The translations under genes and the position numbers were made by a program. A DNA stretch of 62,177 nucleotides, the filler included, from Chiloscyllium plagiosum (taxonomy: Eukaryota), in NCBI RefSeq assembly GCF_004010195.1. It is 4 parts of one record of this genome, joined end to end, with 100 filler letters (N's around TTAATTAATTAA, not from the genome) between each part and the next. Parts side by side here need not be neighbours in the genome. Positions count along the whole stretch, not along the records: positions 1 to 19,104 come from NC_057714.1; positions 19,205 to 38,466 come from NC_057714.1; 2 more parts are not named here. One strand, given 5' to 3'. This document shows, piece by piece, positions 13,641 to 24,322 of this stretch (the stretch's first letter is position 1; each line of letters begins with the position of its first letter). The notes beneath the pieces are model-generated. The model ran no database searches. It saw nothing but the letters and a program-made list of their open reading frames with translations, and was not told where the DNA came from.

Positions 13641-14018
13641 CACATTGTTCCTCTTGCTTTTTCTGCGCAATCCATTGTTTTTGCTGCTGTTCTGCAATTT
13701 TCAACAGAATTGCCAGGATCTCCAAGAGCTGGCGCTTTGCTTCAACATGTTGCTTTTCTAACAATTGTAGCTCCTTTGCTAACTCTGCTTTCTCTTCTGG
13801 AGGTGTTGTTGGGCATTTTATACCCTCTAGCAGTTTTTGAATTTTCATTTGCTGGTGGACAAGCAATACCTCATGTTGGTTTCTAAGAGTTTTCAATTCA
13901 ATTATCTCTTTCCGTCGCTTTTCCAATGCCTGTGTTTGTTGGTCCAACTTATTCCACAAGGCATGCACAGTCTCTGGTGTTTGAAAAGGGGTAAAATCGA
14001 AAGCCAAGCGTTGACTCC
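13641..14018 (-). CDS. Internal exon (378 nt, phase 1-1) encoding a coiled-coil segment of an unidentified host gene
   Basis: Acceptor tctttgtcaatag|GG and donor TGTG|gtaagt; open frame SQRLAFDFTPFQTPETVHALWNKLDQQTQALEKRRKEIIELK...QKKQEEQC; non-repetitive and heptad-rich. Confidence 0.8.
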
Positions 14019-14140
14019 CTATTGACAAAGACATAAGAGGAACAGTCACATTCAAACAATATCAGAAGCTTAATACAATACAGTTTAACAGCAGCAAAAG
14101 CAAAGTGAGAGCAAGCTTAGCAGTGGAAGATAAAAAGCTC

Positions 14141-14362
14141 GGGGGGTCAGTTAGTTCATTTGGCTGGATGGCTGGTTTGTAGTGCAGAGTGACACCAATA
14201 GCATGGGTCCAATCCTGGACCAGTTGAGGTTACCATGAAAGTCTTGCCTCCTCATACTCATCCCTTGCCTGAGGCATGGTGACTACTGGGTGAAGTCATC
14301 ACCAATCATCTCTCTCTAATGAGAGACCAGCCCGATCATCTTCTGAGACTATGGTGACTTTA
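14141..14362 (+). mobile_element. tRNA-derived SINE (non-HE1 family)
   Basis: tRNA-like head with degenerate A/B boxes (tagttcatttgg...gggtccaatcc); 3' end ctatggtgacttt. Confidence 0.55.
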
Positions 14363-14989
14363 AAAGAGCTAGATTCAGAGCAGACTGAAAATGAAAGAGG
14401 AAAATATCAACATATTAAGTCACAGGAAAACAAATCAGTGGTTGGTTGGTGGACATTTTTGCAAACTAAGAGCCAAGAATTTTTTTAAAAGTTCATTTGG
14501 GATAAGAACAGTAGTAAGTGAATTAACAATCAGTATTATGCATAGTACATCTGGGGATATTAGTCAAAACAAATAGCTCAGACAAGAGTACAAACTGGAT
14601 TTGAAATAATGAAATAGATTTTTTTGGATCATGGATGGTCAACTAAGACCTGTTACTTGTCGATTCTGCAGTATGTAGGAATTTGAGGGCATCTTGCACA
14701 TCTTGTGGGGGTAGGGGAGGAGCTTGGGAGGATCGTGATGGTCAAATATGCAAGAAGGATCTCTGTTTAAGCTTGAGCTCAGGATTTCACAGTTTAATTC
14801 ACATTTGGAGTCATAACAGAGCATCAGGGAGATTGAAAGATTTCTGGATCCTAGGTTCCAAAACATAGTTAACCCACAAGACAGGAAGAGTTGAGAATAG
14901 TTGTTTGATAATTATCCAGAAGGAGAACGAGGTGGGAAGAGCAGGAGTCACTGGGGTTTGTGCCAATCTCAAACTGGATGGAGGCTGGC

Positions 14990-15128
14990 ACAATTACACA
15001 TTTAAAAGGCATTTGGATGGGTATATGAATAGGAAGGGTTTGGAGGGATATAGACCAGGTGCTGGCAAATGGGACTAGATTAGGTTGGGATGTCTGATCT
15101 TTCTGTGCTGTACATCTCTATGACTCTA
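14990..15128 (+). mobile_element. CR1 3' tail fragment
   Basis: ggcatttggatgggtatatgaataggaaggg...tctctatgactcta tail. Confidence 0.8.
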
Positions 15129-15984
15129 TGGTGCTCAGCATTGGAGACAGCCGATGGTCATGATGCCTTGAAGGAGTACAGTCAAGACCCTGGCACCAAC
15201 GGGCATGGTAACAGTAGGGCTGAAAAGGGGAAAACAAAAGATGATGCTGTCAAAACTTAGTTCTTGTGGAAAGGTGAAAACTAGACTGAAGGGATTTGAA
15301 GAGTGAGGCTAGGAAGGACAAGACATAGTGTGGGGCAGCAATACCATCACAATAACACCTTAGAAAGTACAGATTAGAGATGAACCTTTAGTTCGAGAAG
15401 ACACAACCATAACCATCAGACCATAAGAAATAGGAACCGGACTAGGCTGTTCAGCTTCTTGAGCCTGCTATATCACATAATGGGATCATGGCTGATCTGA
15501 CATTCCTCACATCTACTTTCCTGCCTTTTCCCTGAAACCCTTGATTCCCTGACTGATCAAAGATTTATCCATCTCAGCCTTAAGTATACAAAAGGAAGAT
15601 GTTGGTTTTGAATGTATATTTTAATGCTTTTGTTGATGTGTTATACCTGTGAAAAATTAATAGTTTATGATCCCCAGTTAGGGATGACCAATAAGTGGAG
15701 TCAAAGGAAACAAGGCTGTCAGGCTGACAAAGAATGGTCACCACAAGATGGAAGCATACTGTAAGTGGCAGATGAATGCCAATGTCCAAATCTACGAGAG
15801 AATCTGTCAACACAGGAAATCCTTTTACATGAAAGCAGCAGCATGAAAATAGCAACAGCAACCAGGTCTTTGTCATCAGAAATGGCTCTGCTGTAAACCA
15901 GCATATGGCAAGGGCCAAGTGAGCAATTATAATGGGGGACTCTCAAGTCAGAGGTACAGAGTACTTCTGCAGCCATAAGCATGA

Positions 15985-16330
15985 CCCCAGGATGGTGTGT
16001 TGCTTCTCTGGTGCCACAGTCAAGGACATCTCAGAGTGGTTGTGGCAAATTCTCAAAATAAGTGCGAGCAGCCAGAAGTTGTTGTACAACAATGATAGGT
16101 AGAAAAAGAGATGCAGTGTGAATATTGGGAGTTAGGCAGAAGGTTAAAAATCAGGCCCATAAGAGTGCTAATCTCTGGATTACTCCAAGTGAAACCTGCT
16201 GGTGAGAGTACTATTATTAGGATAGGGCAGATGAATGCATGGCTGAGGAACTGGTGCAGGGACAGGGTTACAGATTTTTGGATCATTGTGATCTCATCTG
16301 CAGCAGACTGACCTGTACATGAGGGCTCTA
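15985..16330 (+). mobile_element. CR1 ORF1 esterase fragment
   Basis: RVLISGLL...QMNAWLRNWCR, homologous to 938-1306. Confidence 0.75.
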
Positions 16331-16349
16331 CAATAATAAGAAGTGTTAT

Positions 16350-17135
16350 TGAACAGACAGACCTGGGGGGCAGGTACATAGCTCCTTGGAAGTTGCATCA
16401 TAAGTATACAGAGTGTAAAAAAGGCATTTGGTATACTTGCCTTCACCGATCAGAGCTCTGTAATAGGAATAGGAACTTCTGTACAAGCCATTGGTAAGGC
16501 CATATTTGGTGGACTGCATACAATTCTGATCACACTGATATGGAAAGGTATTATTAAGCTGAGAGAAAGTGAGGACTGCAGATGCTGGAGATCAGAGTCG
16601 AAGAGTGTGGTGCTGGAAAAGCGCAGCTGGTCAGGCAGAGAGTTGCTGCCTCAGATGCTGCCTGACCGGCTATTATTAAGCTGGAAAGGGTTCAAAATAG
16701 ATTTACCACGATGTTACCAAGACTGGAGGTTTTGAGCTATAAGGAGAGGTTGGATAGACTGGGCTATTTTTCCTGGAGCATATGAAATTGAGGAGTTACC
16801 TTATACTGGTTTATAAAATCATGAGGGGCATGGATAGGGTGAATAGCGAAGGTGTTTTTCTAAGGCTAGGGGAATCCAAACTAAAGGGCAAGATTTTAAA
16901 GTGAGAGAGGAAAGATTTAAAAGTGATCTGAGAACAACCTTTTCACACAGATATGTATATGGAACAAGCTGCCAGAGCTTTCAACAATTAAAAGATATTT
17001 GCACAGGTACATAGATAAGAACGGTTTAGAGGGATCTGGCTCAAATGTAGGACGAGTTCAGTCTGGGTAACCTGATCAGCATGGATGAGTTGGGTCAAAG
17101 GTTTTATTTCTGTGCTGTATGTCTCTGTGACTCTA
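16350..17135 (+). mobile_element. CR1 LINE 3' fragment
   Basis: ORF2 C-terminal sequence and tail ctctgtgactct. Confidence 0.8.
16562..16670 (-). mobile_element. Short fold-back PLE family A insertion
   Basis: pLTR end plus short inverted piece; 13-bp TSD tattattaagctg (16549-16561 / 16671-16683). Confidence 0.8.
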
Positions 17136-17509
17136 CTTGCCGGTAGATGTGCTGAATGAAGCTTTTATTTCCCTTTAAAGAGGATTTTGTATGATTACCC
17201 TATGAGGAGATGGATTGCAGACATAAGGAAGGGGTGGTGCTGCAGCTCTGGCAAAATACCAGTGGCCTTTGAAAGTTGTGCAAAAAGCTACTGAGATCAT
17301 CTGATTGCAGATTTTCAAGATTTTCCTAGAGACTCCATATAATCGTACCCCAGCCTCCAAAGAGTTAGAAATATTTGACTCCCAGTGGGATCTCCTTTCC
17401 CATTTTCCACATTTACTTCTCTCAGTAACCCAGAATACATCCCCATATGGACCAGATGAATTTTCACTTTTGTATCCTGGCATCTTTTTAAATACATCCT
17501 ACTTATTTA

Positions 17510-17976
17510 GAGAGGGTGCCGAGGAGATTTATCAGATTGCTGCTTGGACTGGAAGGCATTGCTTATGAAGTAAGATTGGGGGAGCTAGGGCTTTTCTCAT
17601 TGAAGTGAAGAAGGATGAGATGTGACTTGCTAGAGGTGTACAAGATGATGAGAGGCATAGATAGAGTGGATAGCCAGAGACTTTTTTCCCTGGCGGAAAT
17701 GGCTATCATGAGGCGGTATAATTTTAAGGTGATTAGAGGAAGGTTTAGGGGAGATATCAGAGGTAGGTTCTTTACACAGAGATTGGAGGATGCGTAGAAT
17801 GCACTGCCAGCAGTGGTAGAAGAGTCAGATAGATTTAAGCGACTCTTGGATAGGCACATGGAAGATAGCACAATGAAGGGTATGTAGGTTAGTATGATCT
17901 TAGAGTAGGATAAAAGGTCAGCGCATAACATCGGGGGCTAAAGGGCCTGTACTGTGCCGTACTGTTCTATGTTCTA
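17510..17976 (+). mobile_element. CR1 LINE 3' fragment
   Basis: RCDLLEVYKMMRGIDRVDSQRLF; tail tgttctatgttcta. Confidence 0.85.
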
Positions 17977-18210
17977 TTTGTTTATTCTGGAGAAGCATCA
18001 AAAGTACCTAATAAAAACTTCAACATTCTAGATATTAACTTTTACAGATGCTAATTTCTTTCTGCTGTCTTTGTCAAAGATAAGGAATTTTACATCAGAA
18101 GTTTAAACTTCCTGGATTATTCCAATAAACTCAATACATCAGAATTTCTGAGGAGTCCCAATGCACAGCTTGATATGATCCAATGACCAGCTGACCTGAG
18201 GGCCTGGGTC

Positions 18211-18423
18211 ACAGTCAATTCAGTAATCCTGATGTGCAGTCATCTGTTGATAGCAGATGTGGAAACCAGCTTGTGCACAGTAAAGCACCATAAACCTTTT
18301 CCCGCGTATGGAGTCGGGTATTACAAGGGGGCATAGCTTACAGTCAATTCAGTAATCCTGATGTGCAGTCATCTGTTGATAGCAGATGTGGAAACCAGCT
18401 TGTGCACAGTAAAGCACCATAAA
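18211..18423 (+). repeat. Perfect 84-bp direct duplication enclosing a 45-bp CR1-like fragment
   Basis: 18211-18294 is identical to 18340-18423; spacer ccttttcccgcgtatggagtcgggtattacaagggggcatagctt. Confidence 0.9.
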
Positions 18424-18499
18424 TAACTCTAAGACAGATGATCTATTTTCATGATGTTAGTTCAGGGATAAATTTTGTCCTAGACACCAGTAAGAAGTC

Positions 18500-19104
18500 A
18501 CTCCTTTTCACAGCAGAGAGCGGCGCGAGCTGGGCGGAAGTGAGGTTGGAGCGCAGAGCTGGTCGGGAAGAGAGCGGCGCGAGCTGGGTGGAAGTGAGGT
18601 TGGAGCGCAGAGCTGATCGGGAAGGTAAGTGATTGATATTTGAGTGGGTGTGTTCTAGACCCCAGGCCCTACATAGTAAGGCCTCCCTCCCATCCTCCTC
18701 CTCCTCTAACCTAATTTTAAAGTCCACAGGTAAGCTACTCAGTGTTCTTGTTTTCGGAGACGAGGCGGAGAGTAATGGCAGCGCAGGTAGTGGAATGTTC
18801 CTCCTGCAGGATGTTCAAGGTAGGGGTGACCATCAATACTCCTGCCGACTTCATCTGCAGGAAATGCAGTCAAATCCTGCTCCTCACAGAACGAGTTCGG
18901 GAACTGGAACTGGAGTTGAATGAACTGAGGATTATTCGAGAGGCTGAGAGGGTGATAGATAGAAGCTACAGGGACATAGCTACGCCAGAGAACAGAGGTA
19001 GCTGGGTAACAGTTAGAGGTGGGAAGGGGAGGAAGCAGGCAGTGCAGGGATCCCCTGTGGTCGTTCCCTAAACAATAAGTATACCGCTTTGGATACTGTT
19101 GGGG
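18500..19104 (+). mobile_element. Young CR1 LINE 5' end: GC-rich 5' UTR with 2 x 54-bp tandem repeat, and ORF1 N-terminus
   Basis: Repeat at 18517-18624; ORF1 from ATG 18775: MAAQVVECSSCRMF...FICRKCSQILLLTERVRELELELNEL (Zn finger plus leucine zipper). Confidence 0.85.
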
Positions 19105-19204
19105 NNNNNNNNNNNNNNNNNNNNNNNNNNNNNNNNNNNNNNNNNNNNTTAATTAATTAANNNNNNNNNNNNNNNNNNNNNNNNNNNNNNNNNNNNNNNN
19201 NNNN
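19105..19204. other. Scaffold gap with synthetic linker (44 N + TTAATTAATTAA + 44 N)
   Basis: Same 100-bp pattern occurs three times in the window. Confidence 0.95.
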
Positions 19205-20088
19205 CAGGTACATCCTGTCCCTCAGGATTCCCTCCAACAACTTACCCACCACTGATGTCAGGCTCACTGGTCTATAGTTCCCTGGCTTGTCCTTAGCACC
19301 CTTCTTAAACAGTGGCACCATGTTTGCCAACCTCCAGTCTTCTGGCACCTCACCTGTGACTATCGATGATACAAATATCTCAGCAAGAGGCCCAGCAATC
19401 ACTTCTTTAGCTTCCCAAAGAGTTTTCAGGTACACCTGAACAGGTCCTGGAGATTTATCCATCTTTACTCAATTCAAGACATCCAGCACTTCCTCGTCTG
19501 TAATATGGACGTTTTTCAAGATGTCACCATCTACTTCCCTACAGTCTATATCTTCCATATGCCTTTTCCAATGTAAATACTGATGCAAAACACTCACTTA
19601 GTATCTCCCCCATTTTCTGCGGCTCCACACAAAAGCCGCCTTGCTGATCTTTGAGGGGCCCTATTCTCTCCCTAGTTACCCTTTTGTCCTTCATGTATTT
19701 GTAAAAACTCTTTGGATTCTCCTTAATTCTATTTGCCAAAGCTATCTCATGTCCCATTTTTGACCTCCTGATTTCCCTCTTAAGTATACTCCTACTTCCT
19801 TTATACTCTTCTAAGGATTCACTCGAGCTATCCTGTCTATAACTTACATATGCTTCCTTCTGTTTCTTAACCAAACCCTCAATTTCTTTAGTCATCCAGT
19901 ATTCCATATACCTACCAGCCTTCCCTTTCACCCTGACAGGAATATATTTTTTCTGGATTCTCGTTATCTCATTTCTGAAGGCTTCCCATTTTCCAGCTGT
20001 CCCTTTACCTGCGAACATCTGCCCCCAATCAGCTTTCGAAAGTTCTTGCCTAATACCGTCAAAATTGGCCTTTCTCCAATTTAGAACT
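19205..20088 (-). mobile_element. CR1 ORF2 central fragment
   Basis: DKSPGP...VPEDWRLANMVPLFKKG..DKPGNYRPVSLTSVVGKLLE. Confidence 0.9.
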
Positions 20089-20099
20089 GGGGCTTTTGT

Positions 20100-20500
20100 C
20101 CCTGGAACGTCAAATGCTAATGGCTGACCTTACAGAAATTTTCAAAACCATGATGGGCATGGAGAGGGTGAATAGCCAAGGTGTTTTTTTCCTGGGGTGG
20201 AGGAGTTCAAAACTAGAGAGCATAGGTTTACAGGGAGAACGTAAGATTTAAAAAGAACCTCAGGAGTAACTTTTTCATGCAGAGGGTAGTGCATGTATGA
20301 AACAAGCTGCCAGAAGAAGTGATGAAAGTGGGTACAATTACAGCACTTAAAAAATATTGCATGGATATATGAATAAGATGAGTTTAAAGGAATATGGGCC
20401 AAATGCTGGCAAATGGAACTAGATTACATTGGCATGCGTGGTCAGCACAGACGGGTTAGACCAAAGGTCAGTTTCCATTCTGTATGACTCTTTAACTCTA
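20100..20500 (+). mobile_element. CR1 3' fragment
   Basis: Homologous to the other CR1 3' UTR copies in the window. Confidence 0.75.
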
Positions 20501-20942
20501 ATTAATACTCTATTTATAATCCTGCTTGCAATTTCTGTGTCAGCTAAACTTCTATTATTGCACATAATTTTACAGCATTAATAGGCTATTCCATTAGTTG
20601 TACCCTACGGTAATGATGTGATTTTGGTTTTGCACTTTTCCAGCATTTCTATTTGTACATTTTTGTAACATGAACAACAGAACTAGATAAAATGCTCCAA
20701 GTGAGATCAAATCAAACAGTGAACTTAATATAACTTCTCTGCTTTTTAATTTTATTCTTCTGGAATGTTTTATTTACTTTTTAAAACTTTTAATGATTTC
20801 TGAATTTCTACACCAATATATCCTTGTATATTTACCCTTTTAAAATCTCATTTTCAAATTGTATCTACTCAAATATATCATCTCAATTATAAAATATATT
20901 ATATACCAATTTCAATTCATTTAAAGAAATATGAAAGGTTAC

Positions 20943-21000
20943 ATTACGTGAATATCTATCGACGTAATCAGTAGGTTTGGGAAATGCACGTCTGACGTCA
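20943..21000. promoter_or_regulatory. Cluster of four ACGT cores including a perfect CRE (TGACGTCA, 20993-21000)
   Basis: attacgtg, gacgtaat, gcacgtc and tgacgtca within 58 bp of AT-rich, CpG-poor DNA. Confidence 0.35.
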
Positions 21001-21508
21001 TAGTCTATATTTGGCACTGTCAAAAAGAAATAGCATAATTACTTCCAATCTGTCAAATTAATATGTCACAACAGATCATAGAATGCTATTACCACTGCAA
21101 TAATCCTCCTTTCCCCTGCTCAGCAGGCACTTGGACTTGTATATCTTAATCAAATCTTCTCTCAATCTCCTTTGTTATTTCACTCCAAGATTCCTCGCCT
21201 CCTCTGCACCTCTTTGTATTTTTTTGTAGTTACTTGTGAATTCCCTCACCTAATTCTGCCTCCCCAAATGCATCACCTCACATTTCTCTGGTAACCAATA
21301 TTCAACTTATCACATTCCATCAGCTCTAATGGGCTTTTATTTTTAAATTCATCTGTCAGTATGGAATGTTGTCAAAAGCTAATATTGTTGCAGATCATAT
21401 TTACTATACCACCTTCTTCATGATTTGGAGATGCTGGTGTTGAACTGGGGTGTACAAAATTAAAAATCACAAAACACCAGGTTATAGTCCAACAGGTTTA
21501 ATTGGAAG

Positions 21509-21543
21509 CACTAGCTTTCGGAGCGTCGCTCCTTCATCAGGTG
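21509..21543 (-). ncRNA. Minimal hammerhead ribozyme motif (family C)
   Basis: Minus strand CAC-CTGATGA-A-GGAGC/GAC/GCTCC-GAAA-GCTA-GTG; stem I CAC/GTG; palindromic AGCT in stem III. Confidence 0.75.
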
Positions 21544-21875
21544 GTTGTGGAGTACACAATTGTAAGACACAGTATTTATAGCAAAAGTTTACAGTGTGAG
21601 GTTAACTGAAATTGTACATTGAAAAAATACTTTGATTGTTAAGTCTTCTATCTGTTAGAATGACCATGATAGTTTCACTTCTTTCATATGTAAATCACAA
21701 AACTTTCTTTAAAATTTACATTCTTAGGTTAACTGTAACAATTGGTGTCAGCCCAGAGAAGATGTTAAGATGTTGAAGGTGTTAGCCCTCTTGTGTTCCC
21801 TGTCTGTGCCATAATGTTTAGACTGATTCTAATCTAGGAAATGAGTTAACAGAGTCTTACATGGATTCATGAAGG

Positions 21876-21910
21876 AGCCTGATGAAGGAGCAGTGCTCCG
21901 AAAGCTAGTG
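21876..21910 (+). ncRNA. Hammerhead motif (family C), 5' strand of stem I lost
   Basis: CTGATGA(21879-21885)-A-GGAGC/AGT/GCTCC-GAAA-GCTA-GTG. Confidence 0.6.
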
Positions 21911-22521
21911 CTTCCAATTAAATCTGTTGGACTATAACCCAGTGTTGTGTGATTTGTAACCTTCTTCATGATTCTCCTTGTCAACTTCTTAAAAAATTCA
22001 ATTGGTCATGCATGATCTCCCCTTAATAAATTAGTGCTTGCTATTATTAATTAATCCACATGCTGAAGTCCACCATTTATTCTGTATTTTATGACTAATT
22101 CAAATATTTTGTCACTACTCCTCTCCAGAGAAACAATAAAAGCAAAGTACTATCACAGTCCATGTACAAATGCAAGAAAATCTGGACAATATCCAAGCTT
22201 GGCTGACAAGTGGCAAATGCCAGACTATGGCCATCACCAATAAGAGATAGTCTAACTGCTGCCCCTTACTACTCAATGGTGTAACTATCACTGAATCCCC
22301 CATATCAACATCCTGTGGATCATCATCAGAAACTCAACCTCGCTCACAACATAAACACAGTGGTTACAAGAGCAGGCCAGAGGCTAGGAATATTGTGGTG
22401 AGTAACTCACCTCCTGACTCCCCAAAATCAGTCCACCACCTACAAGGCATAAATCAGGAGTATGATGGAATATAGCCCACTTGCCTGGATGGATGCAACT
22501 CCAATAATACTCAAGAATCTT

Positions 22522-22751
22522 CAAAGTTTGTGAGAAGATTTGTAGCTCGGGTGCTCGTTGCTGTGGTTCTGTTCGCTGAGCTGGAAGTTTTTGTTGCAAA
22601 CGTTTCATCCCCTGTCTAGGTGACATCCTCAGTGCTTGGGAGCCTCCTGTGAAGCGCTTCACAAGAGGCTCCCAAGCACTGAGGATGTCACCTAGACAGG
22701 GGACGAAACGTTTGCAACAAAAACTTCCAGCTCGGCGAACAGAACCACAGC
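22522..22751. mobile_element. PLE family B palindromic insertion (97-bp arms, no loop)
   Basis: Arms 22559-22655 / 22656-22752 with 3 mismatches; 13-bp TSD actcaagaatctt (22509-22521 / 22752-22764). Confidence 0.9.
22676..22715 (+). ncRNA. Hammerhead motif (family B), mirrored on the minus strand in the left arm
   Basis: GCA-CTGAGGA(22679-22685)-T-stem II-GAAA(22705-22708)-CGTT-TGC. Confidence 0.7.
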
Positions 22752-23130
22752 ACTCAAGAATCTTGACACGATCCAGAACAAACTGGCCCTCTTGATTGGC
22801 ACTACATTCAAAAGCATCAACTGCCTCAACTGCCAATACTCAGTAGCAGCAGTGTGTACAATCTGCAAGATGTATTGCAGAAATTCACCAAAACTCTTCA
22901 GACAGGATCATCCAAACCCATGACAACTTCCATCTAGAAGGGCGAGGGCAGATAATTAGGAACACCACCACCTTCAAGTTCCCCTGCAAGCCATTTACCG
23001 TCCTGACTTGAAAATATATCACTGCTCCTTCACTGTCACTGGGTCAAAATCCTGGAATTCCCTCCCTAATGGCATTGTGGATCAATGCACAGAAGATAAA
23101 CTAAAGGAGTCCAAGAAGGCAGTTGACCAC

Positions 23131-23837
23131 TGTTACGAAGGTGTAGGTGTGTACTGTAGCTTTAAGAGAGAGAGGAAGCTGGCAAGGACTGACTGAAAGC
23201 ACAGAGTGTGCTGAACAACGTTTGGTTGAATTAAATAGCTGGAACTGTGTTGCCATGGAACAAAAACAAATTCAAACTTGACCAATCAGGTTAAATTATG
23301 CTCCAGACACCAAAATCCAAGTGAATTTGAATTTTACAGTTTTGGAGACATCAAACCAATGAAATGATCTGATGTTTCGGGGTATAAAATTGGACATTTT
23401 GAACAGTTAGGTGGAGAACAGCAAAGAGCAGCCAAGCAAGCAACAACTGTCAGCAGAATAGCTCTCTAAAAGGTACCTGTCCATAAGAAATGTGTGCAGC
23501 AGAACACTGAAGCCGACCTAGAGAAATCTACAGAGAAAATTCAACATCAAATATGATAATTGGGTTTGAAATCGCTTTTGCATAAATTTAAGAGGAAATT
23601 TATTGGATCAGTAAAGTAGAGAGGGGGCTAAAAATAGCTTTAAGAGAAAGGAGTTGTGAAAAGTTGTTTGTTTAATGCTGCTTTGGACTTAAAAAATAAA
23701 ATTGTTAATTTTCTCCTTTAAATAGTGAGATCTGGGATAATTCTTTGCCTCTCGAAATTTAACAGATTACAGCGTGAAGTGAGCTTCTTTGTGTATCAGA
23801 TTTAAATTAGCAGAAAGGTTTACCCCATGTCATAACA
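23131..23837 (+). mobile_element. Solo LTR (Gypsy, related to the Gmr1-like LTR)
   Basis: TGTTACGA...TCATAACA termini, 4-bp TSD ccac, internal ggtataaaa and aataaa. Confidence 0.9.
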
Positions 23838-24157
23838 CCACTACCTTCTCAAGGACAACAAGGGATGGGTAATAAATGCTGGCCAGTCAGCAATGCCCAT
23901 GTTCTAAAAATTTGAAAAACTCATCAAGAAGAAATTCAGTTATGAGGATTATGTAGAGAGCACTCTAGACAGAAGAAAAAAGAATGCATAAAAGAGATAT
24001 ATTAAACAGACATAACAGAGAGGATAGTCATGCAAAAAGTGTATTTATGATAGTAAAAGAAATAGGGAGTGAAATTCCAAGGCGCAAACTTACAGGTTTT
24101 TTTGGTGGAGTTTAATCTACCAGCCATACAATTAATTGGTAAGGCAATGTTATGGCA

Positions 24158-24322
24158 TTGCCCTGATGCCCATATGGCATCAGGAATCCTTTTATTCCTG
24201 ATGAAGGGCTTTTGCCCGAAACATCGATTTTACTGGTCCTCGGATGCTGCCTGAACTGCTGTGCTCTTCCAGCACCACTAATCCAAAATCTGGTTTCCAG
24301 CATCTGCAGTCATTGTTTTTAC
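24158..24322 (+). mobile_element. PLE family A pLTR-only insertion with hammerhead motif
   Basis: 13-bp TSD caatgttatggca (24145-24157 / 24323-24335); CTGATGA at 24198, stem GGGC/TTTT/GCCC, GAAACATC. Confidence 0.85.

Larger units (their letters stand above)
21426..21958. mobile_element. PLE family C non-coding insertion with inverted ends, each with a hammerhead motif
   Basis: 15-bp TSD accttcttcatgatt (21411-21425 / 21959-21973); ~21462-21540 is inverted relative to ~21879-21958. Confidence 0.8.
22150..23910 (+). mobile_element. Non-LTR retrotransposon 3' part (second CR1/L2-group family) interrupted by a PLE palindrome and a solo LTR
   Basis: Homologous to 26090-26900 (IRS.MEYSPLAWM, SWNSLP); sequence resumes correctly across both inserts. 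Confidence 0.75.

Noticed and set aside
13504..14055. 183-aa ORF as a single-exon gene
   Set aside because: It has no true ATG start, and strong splice sites lie inside it; only 13641-14018 is supported as an exon.
15580..15982. ORFs and an acceptor-like tttttcacag on the minus strand
   Set aside because: The phase-1 frame hits a stop within a few codons, and no matching donor was found.
17140..18210. Non-repetitive-looking sequence with short ORFs (17175-17568) as exons or a pseudogene
   Set aside because: No recognisable protein motif, stops in the frames I checked, and no convincing splice-site pair.
19149..19160. TTAATTAATTAA motif repeated three times in the window
   Set aside because: Always centred in 44+44 Ns: an assembly linker, not biology.
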